The position numbers were made by a program, and so were the translations under genes. From Stramenopiles sp. TOSAG23-2 (Eukaryota): a stretch of 64,000 bases of DNA. The stretch lies in assembly GCA_900128395.1 (NCBI GenBank), contig LT649241.1, positions 1-64,000 on the forward strand, written 5' to 3'. Positions 10,826-22,516 of the stretch are shown piece after piece (within the stretch, counting starts at the first letter, position 1; the number at the start of each line of letters is the position of its first letter). The notes under the pieces were generated by a model, which saw only the letters and a list, made by a program, of their open reading frames with translations, ran no database searches and had not been told where the DNA came from.

Positions 10826-13081
10826 ATGCAGGAAGTGGAAATCCTACAATACATACCGAGCAATATAAAGAAAGGTGGCTCGCCTCCTCCTCCTGGTGGA
10901 AAACTTACCAACCGGTTAAATTTGGACATACGATTTCCCTATCTCGAGCCGGATGGCACGAGGGTGTTCACCGTCCCATTACTAATGAGCAGTGAGTGGG
11001 AAGAGGGTCCCTGTGTAAAGAAATTCATAGGTTTTACTTGCAAATATTTTCTTCTTTCTATGTTGATGATGGGTTTTATTTTTTATATCTTCGTATACGC
11101 AGTGCATGTAGAAACGGAAATAGAAAATCATATCAGGTGGTATGGGAGCGGTAGGGGAATTTTAAAAAACGTTGGTTACTACATCACCCCCGTTGCTTCC
11201 GCAGCGAGATCATTGTATGATGTGACTATGTTAGAAAAAGAGTTAAGAAATCCCGATGTCGATGTGAATAGCGGTTTTAGTTGGGGACCAAACGGAGTGC
11301 TTGGAACGGTTTCTCCGCTCGGTGTGGCCGTACAGAGTGGCAATAGTGAAGGCGTATCAATACTCGTGAAAGACAACAGAACAGACCTCGAGTATCCTGC
11401 GTTTACCTTTTTAGGTGGAACGCTTTACACTTCGAACCCGCTATTGTTGGCCATCGAGAGACAGAACACAAAAATTGTTCAACTGCTTCTTGCAGCAGGT
11501 TCAAATCCAAATTATGGATTTGATGCTTATTTTTCACTGTTTAAAACAACGCCATTAATTCAAGCAGTTATGCTTAAGCGAGGCAATACCCGCTTGGAGA
11601 TGTTAAACTTATTACTCGATCATGACGCTGAAGTGAACAAGCCAGCGAGTGTTGGAATTTTTGGTTGGTGCTCCGTATTGAATCAGGCCTTGATGGATGA
11701 TGCTCCGCCAGAGGTGATTAAATTGTTGCTTGACAAAGGCGCAAACCCTAACTTAGGTTCTAATTTGTTTTGGAGTATCCAGAAATCTCCACTTGCAATG
11801 GCGAAATCACCAGAGGTGACAGAACTGTTGCTTCAAGCAGGTGCAAATCCTCGTGGGGGAACTTGCTTCGGTTATATATCGTGCAACTCTAAGGTTGATC
11901 GAACATCTGATGAAACAATTCTTCAAAAGTTTGCAGATGTAGGAGTGTTTCCTACTACCCACTCTGTGGCAAATTGGGTTTCCTGGGTTTTACTTCTCAC
12001 CTTCAAGATAGGGTTGGGCTTAATATTCACTATTGGTTTCATTTATGGTTTCATTTATAATTTCCAGGTCTTTATTAATCTATATATGTCGTGCATATAT
12101 TCTATATGTCGGTTTTTGGTGTTCACAATTTGTGGTTTGCCGTTAATAATGCTTTATAATGTTATTGGCAATATTTATATCGCTATATTTAAAGTAAATT
12201 TATTTACACTGACGGATATTTTGAACAAAATAAAAAAATTTCAAACAATAATACAACAATTTTTATATGCTTTCATAGTTGCACTGATTTCGTGGGTTTG
12301 TAAAGATGCTATATTCGAAAAGTTAGGATTACGAAATTGGGTTAGTATTTTCATTTTTGTAATTCACCTTGTTGTAATTCACCTGATTTACTCGGTTGCT
12401 ACTTGTTGTTGCTACTTGATTTACTCGGTTGCTACTCGTATTTTACCATCGTGTTCCAAGAAAGATATAATTGCAACGGGTGATGACGAAAACGAAACAA
12501 CGATATCCGATCTTAATTTTGGATGGGCTAATGGTAGTTCGTATGATGGTGAATGGAAAGATGGCAAGAAACATGGAAAAGGTAAATGGAATTCTTCTTG
12601 GGCTAATGGTGACGTGTATGATGGTGAATGGAAAGATGGCAAAAAACATGGAAAAGGTAAATTTTTTTGGGCTAATGGTAGTTCATATGATGGTGAATGG
12701 ATAGATGGCAAGAAACATGGAAAAGGTTTTTCTTGGGCTAATGGAGACATGCATAATGGTGAATGGAAAGATGGCAAGAAACATGGAAAAGGTACATATA
12801 CTTCTATATTTGGCACGTATAATGGTGAATGGAAAGATGACAAGAAACATGGAAAAGGTAAATTTACTTTTAATCCTCGGATTTGGCCTATACCCCCTGT
12901 GTATGATGGTGAATGGAAAGATGACAAAATACATGGAAAAGGTAAATTTACTGATTCTAATGGAAACATGTATGATGGTGAATGGAAAGATGGCAAGAAA
13001 CATGGAAAAGGTAAAACTTCTAGGGCTGATGGTTATGTGTTTGGTGAATGGGAAGATGGCAAGGAAATATCCATGATGTAG
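10826..13081 (+). CDS. Ankyrin-repeat, multi-TM, MORN-repeat membrane protein
   Basis: N-terminal TM; ankyrin motifs (SPLGVAV, NPLLLAI, TPLIQAV, LLLDKGANPN); several hydrophobic helices; eight YDGEWKDGKKHGKG-type MORN repeats. Confidence 0.88.
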   Translation: MQEVEILQYIPSNIKKGGSPPPPGGKLTNRLNLDIRFPYLEPDGTRVFTVPLLMSSEWEEGPCVKKFIGFTCKYFLLSMLMMGFIFYIFVYAVHVETEIENHIRWYGSGRGILKNVGYYITPVASAARSLYDVTMLEKELRNPDVDVNSGFSWGPNGVLGTVSPLGVAVQSGNSEGVSILVKDNRTDLEYPAFTFLGGTLYTSNPLLLAIERQNTKIVQLLLAAGSNPNYGFDAYFSLFKTTPLIQAVMLKRGNTRLEMLNLLLDHDAEVNKPASVGIFGWCSVLNQALMDDAPPEVIKLLLDKGANPNLGSNLFWSIQKSPLAMAKSPEVTELLLQAGANPRGGTCFGYISCNSKVDRTSDETILQKFADVGVFPTTHSVANWVSWVLLLTFKIGLGLIFTIGFIYGFIYNFQVFINLYMSCIYSICRFLVFTICGLPLIMLYNVIGNIYIAIFKVNLFTLTDILNKIKKFQTIIQQFLYAFIVALISWVCKDAIFEKLGLRNWVSIFIFVIHLVVIHLIYSVATCCCYLIYSVATRILPSCSKKDIIATGDDENETTISDLNFGWANGSSYDGEWKDGKKHGKGKWNSSWANGDVYDGEWKDGKKHGKGKFFWANGSSYDGEWIDGKKHGKGFSWANGDMHNGEWKDGKKHGKGTYTSIFGTYNGEWKDDKKHGKGKFTFNPRIWPIPPVYDGEWKDDKIHGKGKFTDSNGNMYDGEWKDGKKHGKGKTSRADGYVFGEWEDGKEISMM

Positions 13082-13299
13082 ATGTGTAGAGAACCCAGGC
13101 ACATTATTAATTACAGAGTACAATTTAATTATTATTTCGTAAAACATGAAAACATGCGCAAGATTTGGAAAGTATTCAAAAAAAAATGAAACGATGTGCT
13201 GGTTGCAAGGTTGCAACATGCCGTGTTTAATCCATCTAGATGGGTATATTGATACGATTTAATTACGAACGGTTCATATGATAGCTACTCGCTCCGCTC

Positions 13300-13638
13300 C
13301 TCGATCCGCTGTCACTAATTAAAACGATACCTATATTGATTTTTTTAAATAGCATTGTATTCGCTCGATCCTCTCACTAATTAAAACGATACCTATATTG
13401 ATTTTTTTTAAATATAGCATTGTATTCGCTCGATCCTGTCACTAATTAAAACGATACAATATTGATTTTTTTTAAATAGCATTGTATTCGCTCGATCGAT
13501 CCTGTCACTAATTAAAACGATACACTATATATATATTGATTTTTTTAAATAGCATTGTATTCGCTCTCGATCCTGTCACTAATTAAAACGATACACTATT
13601 GATTTTAAAAAATAGCATCTATATAGCATTGTATTCGA
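13300..13638. repeat. Minisatellite with five units of about 62-73 bp
   Basis: Unit tcgctcgatcctgtcactaattaaaacgatac..tattgatttttttaaatagcattgtat with microsatellite-like indels. Confidence 0.92.
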
Positions 13639-13863
13639 AGATAATATACACATCCCCCTATCAGATTTTGTATTATTATTTTTTTTACGTATATCGCTCT
13701 CACACTATGTGTAAAGAGGGAGAATCAATCCAGCAATTTGATGATTATTCATAGAAAAAGAATGAACATATACAAACAAACAACAAACATACAAAAACAT
13801 ATACACTATAAAGTTACCACTACATGTATGTATGTATATATATGAATTACATAAAACACGAGC

Positions 13864-14715
13864 ATGGATTCTGACATAATTAATACCACTATAAATCCAC
13901 GGCCGAATAACCCGTTCAACGTTGGCGCGATGGAAAATAATTTACCATTAATATTAGAAACCATTGAAGCGTGTAAAATAAATAATGATAATAATAATTA
14001 CAATATCAATTCCAGGAATATGGTAGGACAAACTCCTTTGTACATAAGTGTCATGCAAAATAATGTTGATATGGTAAGGGTACTATTAGAAAACGGTGCT
14101 TTGGTTGATTCAGTGGTTAAAGATAGTGGCGACACATCACTTGGTCTTGCAACACGGAATAAATATAATGACATTGTAAATATACTTGTAAATAAAGGTG
14201 CAAAAATAAATAGACAAATTGGTGATACTGGCGATACTGTATTGCATCGCGCAACTTATAAAAATTATCCTGAATTATTAGATTTATTTTTAAATAATGG
14301 AGGGGATGTAAATGTAAAGAATAAACGTGGGTATACGCCCCTGCATATAGCAGCTAGAAATGACCATGAACATATAGCACGTTATTTAATTGAAAATGGT
14401 GCTCATGTCAATGCTATTGATAAATATTTGTCAACACCTTTGCATTGTGCAGCTTATTGGGGTAATGAAAAAACATTAAAAGAATTATTGAAAAATGGTG
14501 GTATATGTGAGATGAAAAATAATAAATTAATGTCTGTATATGATGTTGCAAAAGATGAAAAGCGTGAAAAATGTATGTACTTAATTCATTTATATTTAAG
14601 CGAATGGTATTATAAACGACCTGTATATTTAATATTGAAACGTTATGGTGAAATGTTTGATACAGATATGAGTCATTTAGAAAGGTATGTGATAGAATAT
14701 TTAGTTGGTGCATGA
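13864..14715 (+). CDS. Ankyrin repeat protein
   Basis: GQTPLY, GDTSLG, GDTVLH, GYTPLH and STPLH repeats. Confidence 0.93.
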   Translation: MDSDIINTTINPRPNNPFNVGAMENNLPLILETIEACKINNDNNNYNINSRNMVGQTPLYISVMQNNVDMVRVLLENGALVDSVVKDSGDTSLGLATRNKYNDIVNILVNKGAKINRQIGDTGDTVLHRATYKNYPELLDLFLNNGGDVNVKNKRGYTPLHIAARNDHEHIARYLIENGAHVNAIDKYLSTPLHCAAYWGNEKTLKELLKNGGICEMKNNKLMSVYDVAKDEKREKCMYLIHLYLSEWYYKRPVYLILKRYGEMFDTDMSHLERYVIEYLVGA

Positions 14716-14827
14716 TGGGTGTGAATCCATATCATAATTATGATAAATATGATAAAAATAAATATTAAAATGTATATCTCAATATCATATTGATTTTTAT
14801 TAAAATACGCGAGTCGCGTAAAATATT

Positions 14828-15874
14828 TTATTGCTCCATTTCTCCCCCTTCTCCTTCCCCTTCTCCCTCTTCTACCATTTCATTTGCTTCTTCTATTATA
14901 TCATCTGGTATATCACCTGGTCGAACACTCATACGTTTATATCTCTTATTTAATTGTTTCGAATTTTTAATTGCATGATGAGTTTCTTTATATACATGCG
15001 TGACTTCACTTGGATTGCCACTACATGCCATTTTTAACATTTCCGCTGGTTTATTAATTGGATTTAATAAACTTAATAATTGTTTGGTAGTACTTAGAAC
15101 GCCAAAAAATTCAGGAAAATGTATTTTCTTATCCTTTGCTTGATCAAAATGTTTGAAAATTTCATTAACTAATTCTTTATATTGTCCTTCCATACTATCT
15201 ATCATTGTATCAACTTTTTCATCTATATTTTTTTTCAATCGATTTTCTAATTCTGGATCAACTTGTCTACCTAATTTTTCAACCATTTTTTTCGCACTAT
15301 CGAAACTACGTTTCTTTATAAAATCTTTACAACAAACTATATAGAAATGATTTCGCATGCAATATTGATTCAGATCTTTTTTCGTGATATATTTTGTAGT
15401 ATCATTGCATATTGAATCAAATATAAATTGCATCAATATGTGATCATTATCTGAGTTTAATAATATATTGGCGCCAAGTACGAAATCCTCTATATATATT
15501 CTTCTTTTTTTCATGTTTTTAAAATCTTCAATGGCATAACCTCTTGCACCATCAACTTTTTTTGATAAGAGTAAAAATAATATTTTACAATATTGCTCAT
15601 TTACTTCTTGATCGGCTTTATTATCAAATTTTGATGTTAACGATAGTTTTCGAAGATAATCATTCTTTGGCATATCAAGTAAACAATGTGTAAATTTTTG
15701 CAGTGATAGATAATTTTTTTTCCTTTGTGCATCATTTAACGCGTGTGCTGCAAATATTTTACGTATATTTGATAAATCAGTATTTGTAAATGAAGTTCGT
15801 TTATCATATGTCTCAATAAATGTTTCTTCATCATCTAAATATTTTGCATCGCCTTTTGCAATATCTTGCCCCAT
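14828..15874 (-). CDS. EF-hand calcium-binding protein (calcineurin B/NCS-like), possibly N-myristoylated
   Basis: MG start; canonical loop DQAKDKKIHFPEF plus degenerate EF hands (IYIEDFV, YITKKDL). Confidence 0.7.
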   Translation of the reverse strand: MGQDIAKGDAKYLDDEETFIETYDKRTSFTNTDLSNIRKIFAAHALNDAQRKKNYLSLQKFTHCLLDMPKNDYLRKLSLTSKFDNKADQEVNEQYCKILFLLLSKKVDGARGYAIEDFKNMKKRRIYIEDFVLGANILLNSDNDHILMQFIFDSICNDTTKYITKKDLNQYCMRNHFYIVCCKDFIKKRSFDSAKKMVEKLGRQVDPELENRLKKNIDEKVDTMIDSMEGQYKELVNEIFKHFDQAKDKKIHFPEFFGVLSTTKQLLSLLNPINKPAEMLKMACSGNPSEVTHVYKETHHAIKNSKQLNKRYKRMSVRPGDIPDDIIEEANEMVEEGEGEGEGGEMEQ

Positions 15875-16202
15875 CGTGTTGTTGTTTTAGTATAAACTAT
15901 TATATTATTGAACGTGTTGGATTGTTGTATATTTATATATATGTGTTTATATACTTTTATTAATGATATAATGTATAGATATTTAATATAATATATATAT
16001 ATTAATCGATCTATAGCAGGTAAATAGTACCTTGTATTATATACATACAGGTAATATTGAAGTGTGACGCAAAAACAAAATAAAATATGAAATTTTTTTT
16101 TTAATGACTCTATTATGTATAAATATATTATGATACGAACGTAATAAAGAATAGACTTTTTCTCTTCTTCTCTCTTATAAGCTTAACATCTCTCTCCCAT
16201 CC

Positions 16203-19200
16203 TCACAACCCACCATGCATTTCATTTACTAAACTTTGATAACCTGTATCTTTCTTTTCTTCATCTTTAAATTTTTGCGTTGCATTTCTTTGTGCTAAAT
16301 CAAACGACATGGTTGTATCTTTCTCAATTTCTAACAAACCATATAATTGATCACGGATTTCCACTGCACTTTCATGATCTAATTCTGCCCAACTTGTTTC
16401 TACTAATAATGTAATTGCTTCATCACCTTTTTCTTCATCATCAGGCATAATGACATCTTCATATGTTAATGTTGCTGTATATAATTCTTGCGATGAACGT
16501 GCACGTACGATAGGATACGGATGTCCAATCATTGATAAAATGCATACGACAGCTTGTGTACATATTGGTTTATCGTAATTTAAAAATCCAAGCAAAACTT
16601 CTAAACCAGCCAACAAACGCATTGGTTTACGCGTGCGTTGTATCAATTTTTTAACGTAATCAAACATGTTTGTGAAAAATTCTGTTTTACTAGGATCAAT
16701 TGTATCAAAAACACCATGTTTCAATAACATGGCAATTGATTTCAATGTTGGTATGATTAAACGTTGTCCACCAACACTTAAAACTTTGTACAAATTGTCT
16801 GCAAGAATGTACAAATCTTTAACTTTTCCAGCTCTGCTTTTCTCTTTTCCATATTGCAAAAGTGCATTACGTGCACTACGAGATCCAGTTTCATTTACAT
16901 CACCTGCAGAATGGACTAGACCACATATTACATCAAAGCGATAACAATCCACATCAAGCATTTTCACGACACGCGGATAAATTAAATGCGGCAATGCATA
17001 ACGTGCTTCTTGTTTTGCGCTTACAACTTCAATTAATTCTGATCGAAATGGAATATTATTCACTTCCGGATTTTTACAATGTAATAAATCTTCTAAATTT
17101 TCCCCTGCACATTCTCTTACAGAATCAATTTTTTCAGCCAACTGGCGTAAAATGCCACCTATTACTCTAGAGGAAACTTGCGGAGAGTAAAATCGCTTGC
17201 TATCACTACCATCCGACACAGTCTTGTCACCTGTTGATACCGTTTCTCTTTCGCCTGTAACATTTAATTGATTTACCTGGTTAATCAAATCTTCTGGCAT
17301 TCTTTCATCTAATGCTGGCAAAACGGTAGCATTGTTGTTTGTATTATTGATATTGTTCTCTTCACCTTCCTCATGTGGGCCTAAACCAACATCACGGCGT
17401 ATGATAGCTCTTAAAACTTTAGGTAAACTCTTCATAGCGCTAACTCGTACCCATGATCCGCAATCACCACGTGTATCTGCCGCATAATCATATAAACCAC
17501 CAATAACAGCTTCAAATAAACGACTTAATTGATCATCCGACATCTCAATAGCACTTTCATGACACATATCACCAAGTGCTCGAACGGCATTTCGCCTAGT
17601 TTCAGCATCTTTCTCATGCGGTAGATGACCTACTTTACTAGCTGCAATGATAGTACTTAAAACTCTTTCAAAAACGTCAGGGTTATATTTTGCATATCGT
17701 CGATATGGCAATACACCAAGCCCCAGGACATAACCTCTTCTAGCACCTGGATTATCATCATCCCTCATTATATCACAATACTTCACTGGAAAGCGTTCTA
17801 TGTCCTCATCTAATGTTTTTTGCCATTCCGTATCTTCGCCACTTTCAGGATCTTTCTTTGGCATCACTACGAAATATTGCTTTGTCATAGCTTTCAATGC
17901 ACCAACAGCTGCTTCTGATATTTCAATATTTGGATGTTTCAAGCATTCATCGATCGTTTCAACCATACGCAATTGTGCACGTCTTGACAGCTCATGCTTT
18001 GCCAATGCCATGCATTCCAACAATCTACATGCAGCAGCGCGCATGATTTCACCACCACGACCCCGGTACAAACGTGCCTTTTCAATTTTCGGCACTAAAT
18101 TACGAATCGTTTTCATAACATCCGGGCTTAATGTAATCGTTGCAATTTTTGATAATACTAGTATTAATTCTGCTACTAAAATTGTATTACCATGACGAAT
18201 CAACAAATCACTACGATTTAAACATCGTTTCATCGCATCCGGTAATATTTTTTCTGCGAAATAGGTAGGATCCAACGGTGCAATCTTTGCCAACGTTGCT
18301 GCCGTTAATGCCCGCATACCAACATCCCAATGCATTAACTTGGCACTTGCTAAATGATCTACTAAGGAACGGCGATATTCATCATAACCAGCAATAAATG
18401 GACCTAGATCCATGTATGCATGTTGACGATTACCTAATGCAAAATAATCCGCTTTCGTTATAATTTCGATTCCATGAACAAAATTTTCATGTCCTTGACG
18501 ACCAACATTTTCTTGAAATGCAGCAGAGGCAGCACGTCTACAGTTAACCTCGCGATCAAACAAAGCGGTAATAAGCATCCCTCTACTTAAATCCAATACG
18601 TGTGGTCTTAAAACGTCTGGCGCGTATGCTCTTGCAAATGCCCAGCAGACATAACATGCCGCATCACGTACATGGCTTCCAACACTATGTCTACCGCGCC
18701 TGACATCATATACAAGAGCTTTTAGAACCACAGGGACTACTTCTGGCAGGCGCTCTGGTACCAAAAGGCCACGACGAGCTAATTCAGCAAGTGCTAAGCA
18801 ACCACCATGCCATGCACCATCACCTTCACCATCTGAAAATAAATTTAATACTTCACCCACAACATCGTCAGCAAAGTCACGTGGCAATCGTCCTGTAATT
18901 CTACCAATACCCTTTGCAGCTGACCAACGTACAACAGTATCTTTATCTCGTAAACCAATCAATAATTGTTCAATAACTTCTTCCATTTCCTCTGGTACAT
19001 CATCATCGGAATCTTCATCATCATCGTCCTCCTCCTCCTGCTCTTCCTCCTCGCCATCTTCCTTTTCAGCTAATTTTGCTTCCGTTGCAGCTTTTACACC
19101 GGCACGACTTAAATTATCCAATAAAGAACGTTGTCCTCGTTGATATCTCCATTTCACTAAACGTGGAGGCATATATTGCAAACCGATTCGTTGGGATAAT

Positions 19201-20360
19201 TTCATAGTCAATTTACGTTGTAAAGTACTTGCTTTATTCGTTGTTAATGCCTCTGCTGCTACATGCATGCATTCCGCTACCAATGGTATTCTACCTTCCA
19301 GTCGATCACGATGTCCATGTTTAAATATCATTACCAATGTAGTTAATACACCAGTTGATAAAAATACACGTCGTCCAGGACCACCCGGTACAGATGCACC
19401 TACATTGACAGAATTATGTCTAATATTGCTACCAACAATTGTCCCTGAACCACCAACAGTCATATGGCTAGTGGATGGACCCCATGCCAAGGAAATACCG
19501 GCTTGTACAGCGCCACTAATGACTGAATTGGACCATTGTAAGAATTCAGTTAAATATTTAGCTTCCATATCTGGTCTTGTTAATAACTTTGAAAGGCAAA
19601 CGGCAGCTGCATCACGTGTTGGACCTGGATCACCAAGGTAATGTTTACATAGACTAACCATACCTTGTATTAAACCTTCATCCTCGTTCCTGTAATTATC
19701 GTTTCCTAACGTAGAATCAATAGTTGTTAAATCAAATGGTACCATGACTAACATTGATAACCACAATAACAAAACATACCGTGTTTCCCATGTGGTGTAA
19801 TCATTTTGATCTTGTGATAATAATATATGCATTGTTGGCTCTACGTCTTGTACTTCTACTGGCATAAGGCGAATGACACGTTTATAACCACGTACTTTGC
19901 ATAAGCAATAAATAATTTGAAAAATACGATGCAAACTTGGGCTAATAAAACGTTGATATGGAAAGCCACCAGGAGTCCCATCTTTAGCAGTAGGCGATCT
20001 AGAACTACTATTTTTCTTTTGGATGTAAATTTCTCGTTTTTTAATAACTTGACGCACGCATTCCATAAGTGGATTTACCATATCATTTAAACTTGGATCT
20101 AAAATAGCAGATTCTTCTTGATATTTATCAAAAATTTTAAACAACTGATCTTTTTTCTCCGTATCAATTGGACCACGCACTTGTTCATCTTCTGTTATAG
20201 CACTATTATCAACAGGCGCTTCAATGGATGACTTGCAAATCTCATGGATTAATTTTAATACTTCACCCCTTTCTTTGAAAAAGGTTGATTCTGATTTGAC
20301 AACAGGTGTCTCAAACGTCTCTGACGTCTTTTTCGTATCATCTTGAACAATAGCAGCCAT
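16203..20360 (-). CDS. TBCD: Tubulin-specific chaperone D
   Basis: KVRGYK, WETRYVLLLWLS, DTVVRWSAAKGIGR, WHGGCLALAELARRG, VRDAACYVCWAFARAY, FDREVNCRRAASAAFQENVGR, RGDCGSWVR. Confidence 0.97.
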   Translation of the reverse strand: MAAIVQDDTKKTSETFETPVVKSESTFFKERGEVLKLIHEICKSSIEAPVDNSAITEDEQVRGPIDTEKKDQLFKIFDKYQEESAILDPSLNDMVNPLMECVRQVIKKREIYIQKKNSSSRSPTAKDGTPGGFPYQRFISPSLHRIFQIIYCLCKVRGYKRVIRLMPVEVQDVEPTMHILLSQDQNDYTTWETRYVLLLWLSMLVMVPFDLTTIDSTLGNDNYRNEDEGLIQGMVSLCKHYLGDPGPTRDAAAVCLSKLLTRPDMEAKYLTEFLQWSNSVISGAVQAGISLAWGPSTSHMTVGGSGTIVGSNIRHNSVNVGASVPGGPGRRVFLSTGVLTTLVMIFKHGHRDRLEGRIPLVAECMHVAAEALTTNKASTLQRKLTMKLSQRIGLQYMPPRLVKWRYQRGQRSLLDNLSRAGVKAATEAKLAEKEDGEEEEQEEEDDDDEDSDDDVPEEMEEVIEQLLIGLRDKDTVVRWSAAKGIGRITGRLPRDFADDVVGEVLNLFSDGEGDGAWHGGCLALAELARRGLLVPERLPEVVPVVLKALVYDVRRGRHSVGSHVRDAACYVCWAFARAYAPDVLRPHVLDLSRGMLITALFDREVNCRRAASAAFQENVGRQGHENFVHGIEIITKADYFALGNRQHAYMDLGPFIAGYDEYRRSLVDHLASAKLMHWDVGMRALTAATLAKIAPLDPTYFAEKILPDAMKRCLNRSDLLIRHGNTILVAELILVLSKIATITLSPDVMKTIRNLVPKIEKARLYRGRGGEIMRAAACRLLECMALAKHELSRRAQLRMVETIDECLKHPNIEISEAAVGALKAMTKQYFVVMPKKDPESGEDTEWQKTLDEDIERFPVKYCDIMRDDDNPGARRGYVLGLGVLPYRRYAKYNPDVFERVLSTIIAASKVGHLPHEKDAETRRNAVRALGDMCHESAIEMSDDQLSRLFEAVIGGLYDYAADTRGDCGSWVRVSAMKSLPKVLRAIIRRDVGLGPHEEGEENNINNTNNNATVLPALDERMPEDLINQVNQLNVTGERETVSTGDKTVSDGSDSKRFYSPQVSSRVIGGILRQLAEKIDSVRECAGENLEDLLHCKNPEVNNIPFRSELIEVVSAKQEARYALPHLIYPRVVKMLDVDCYRFDVICGLVHSAGDVNETGSRSARNALLQYGKEKSRAGKVKDLYILADNLYKVLSVGGQRLIIPTLKSIAMLLKHGVFDTIDPSKTEFFTNMFDYVKKLIQRTRKPMRLLAGLEVLLGFLNYDKPICTQAVVCILSMIGHPYPIVRARSSQELYTATLTYEDVIMPDDEEKGDEAITLLVETSWAELDHESAVEIRDQLYGLLEIEKDTTMSFDLAQRNATQKFKDEEKKDTGYQSLVNEMHGGL

Positions 20361-21185
20361 TATTCTGTTTTAAATATTTTGAAAAAATCAAAAAAAAAAA
20401 AAAAACAAAGAAAGGATGCGTTTTGGAAGAAGAATATGGATGGTTGATCTTTGTATATATGTATGTATATATTGAGCTATGATATAATATATATATACGT
20501 GTGAGTGATAATAATATCTTACTATGAAACAGATGAAATACAAATATTATATATTGTCTTCTATTTGTATTGATATGTTTGAATGTATTCTATATATTGA
20601 ATATATATGATGTATTAGGTTCTTTTCAATTATTATATTATAATAATTGAAATAATTAGCATGCAATTAGTGTGGCGGAGGAAGGAATTATTTTGAAATG
20701 GTTTTTTTGCCAGTCAGCAGTCCGGGTTTCGGTTTGGTGATTTAGTATAGGAATAGCATTTGTTATAATTTAACGCTGTGTCTATGCTATCCTACCCTTA
20801 GCTAACACTACAAAAGGCATAACAGGGGGTAGCATTTCTCGGCCATTCTAGTTCTTAGTGTTTAAGGGTTTTGCGAGTGTGTGTAGAATCTAAATCTCTC
20901 CTAAAAATGCTGAAATTATAGAAGAATTTAAATTAGCACGGCAGAGGTACTAAATCATACTTAAGCTTACTTTTTAATATTGAATATTGGATACACTACT
21001 AGTATCATATACTTATATTAAGATATTTATGGGAGATGTGTGTGAGAGAGAGAGAGATCTAGAAACAAATAACAAAAATAGAAATTCATTTATTGATTTT
21101 AACACGCTGGTTTATTTATATAATCGGATAGACCTATATACAATATTGATAATAAAATACGACACTATATACGTATTATATATAA

Positions 21186-22235
21186 ATGATGAACAATATT
21201 ATTTTTGCTAAATTTATATTTTTAATTATTATTGTTACCAATGCAACTGCTTATGATACTTGCTTGTCTCCACGGACGAAGGACCAAGACTGCGATTGTG
21301 ATATACGGAGACCATTGCTGCAAAATATAAGAAATAATGGTTACCTGATTGAATTTGCAGTTTGCAGGGACTACAAAGACAAAGGGGGAGACATTATGCC
21401 ACTGGCAGTTTTAGTAACGCCATATGATCCTGTAAATACACTTCCTGTATATTCAAAAGGAAAAAAAATTGGAGAGAGTCATTGGTTTAATGTTATACTT
21501 CCACAGAAATCTTGGAGGACAAACTGGAAACCGTGGTCTTGGTCAACAGGGGGGACGAGGTGGTACTGCCCAGATATTACAATAGCTGGTGTCGAAGGAG
21601 GAGATCAAGGAAACGCGGAGTATAAAGGGCATTGGAAAAAAAAATATGGTGATGATGTACAAACAGCAACAGATTTGGTCTGTCCAAAGTCACAGGCAAG
21701 TACCACAGTAACTTATAGCACATATGATAGGAATAAAGACGCGGCGCAACAGAATTATATTGGTATCAGGCAAACATTCTGTCCAACAAGCACATGGTAT
21801 CAATATTCTTTTCTTTGGCATAGCCCTATGGTCTCGTCATCCTCTACTCATATTCCTAGCTTTATAAGATGCCCCCAGATTGCTGCACCATGTGACGGCA
21901 ATGATGATGATTGCGCATGCTACTATTTTGGTGACGATGAGGTGTGCAAAAATTATGTTCCACCAACAAAAGCTCCCAAAGAAGCACCAACAACAGATGC
22001 ACCAAGAAAAATCGAGGAACCACAAACTGTCGAGGAAAAGAAAGACAATGATAGATTTTCATTGCCATGGGAAAGTACATTTGGTTGGATAATCTTTGCC
22101 GTTACTATGGTGGCCGCCGCAGGTATGTTCTATACGTTGTATTCAAATCGAAATGCAAATAATGATTACAGTGATGCGATAAGAAGCGGAGAAGGTGCTG
22201 AAATGGGATATCTGCCAATGATGGAGAAGCAATAA
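21186..22235 (+). CDS. Type I membrane protein of unknown function
   Basis: Signal peptide, Cys/Trp-rich ectodomain, P/T/E stalk, single TM (WIIFAVTMVAAAGMFYTLY) and short tail. Confidence 0.75.
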   Translation: MMNNIIFAKFIFLIIIVTNATAYDTCLSPRTKDQDCDCDIRRPLLQNIRNNGYLIEFAVCRDYKDKGGDIMPLAVLVTPYDPVNTLPVYSKGKKIGESHWFNVILPQKSWRTNWKPWSWSTGGTRWYCPDITIAGVEGGDQGNAEYKGHWKKKYGDDVQTATDLVCPKSQASTTVTYSTYDRNKDAAQQNYIGIRQTFCPTSTWYQYSFLWHSPMVSSSSTHIPSFIRCPQIAAPCDGNDDDCACYYFGDDEVCKNYVPPTKAPKEAPTTDAPRKIEEPQTVEEKKDNDRFSLPWESTFGWIIFAVTMVAAAGMFYTLYSNRNANNDYSDAIRSGEGAEMGYLPMMEKQ

Positions 22236-22516
22236 AAATACGTACGAACGAAAGTACGTACGAATTCGTACGACATATAAAAAATACACACGCGCGCGAA
22301 TATTTTAAGAAAATTTTCATATTTTATATAAAAATATACGCGTATTTATTAAACGTATATATATATATATATGGAAACAAAAATCTCTCTCAAATCTCTC
22401 TCCTCCTCTCTCTTTATACACACCTTTTGTTATTTTTAGCTGCTGTTATTTTTTATAATCTTGTGTTAATGCTAACATTGTACCTTCCTTCCTCCAATCT
22501 TCAATTTTTCATATTT

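Noticed and set aside
12542-13070. CRISPR-like repeat/spacer pattern
   Set aside because: The repeats encode in-frame MORN motifs, all spacers are multiples of 3, there are no cas genes, and the context is eukaryotic
13300-13638. CRISPR array
   Set aside because: No unique spacers; the units are continuous tandem copies
16666-19641. Plus-strand ORFs inside TBCD, and similar antisense ORFs in other genes
   Set aside because: Shadow frames of well-supported genes
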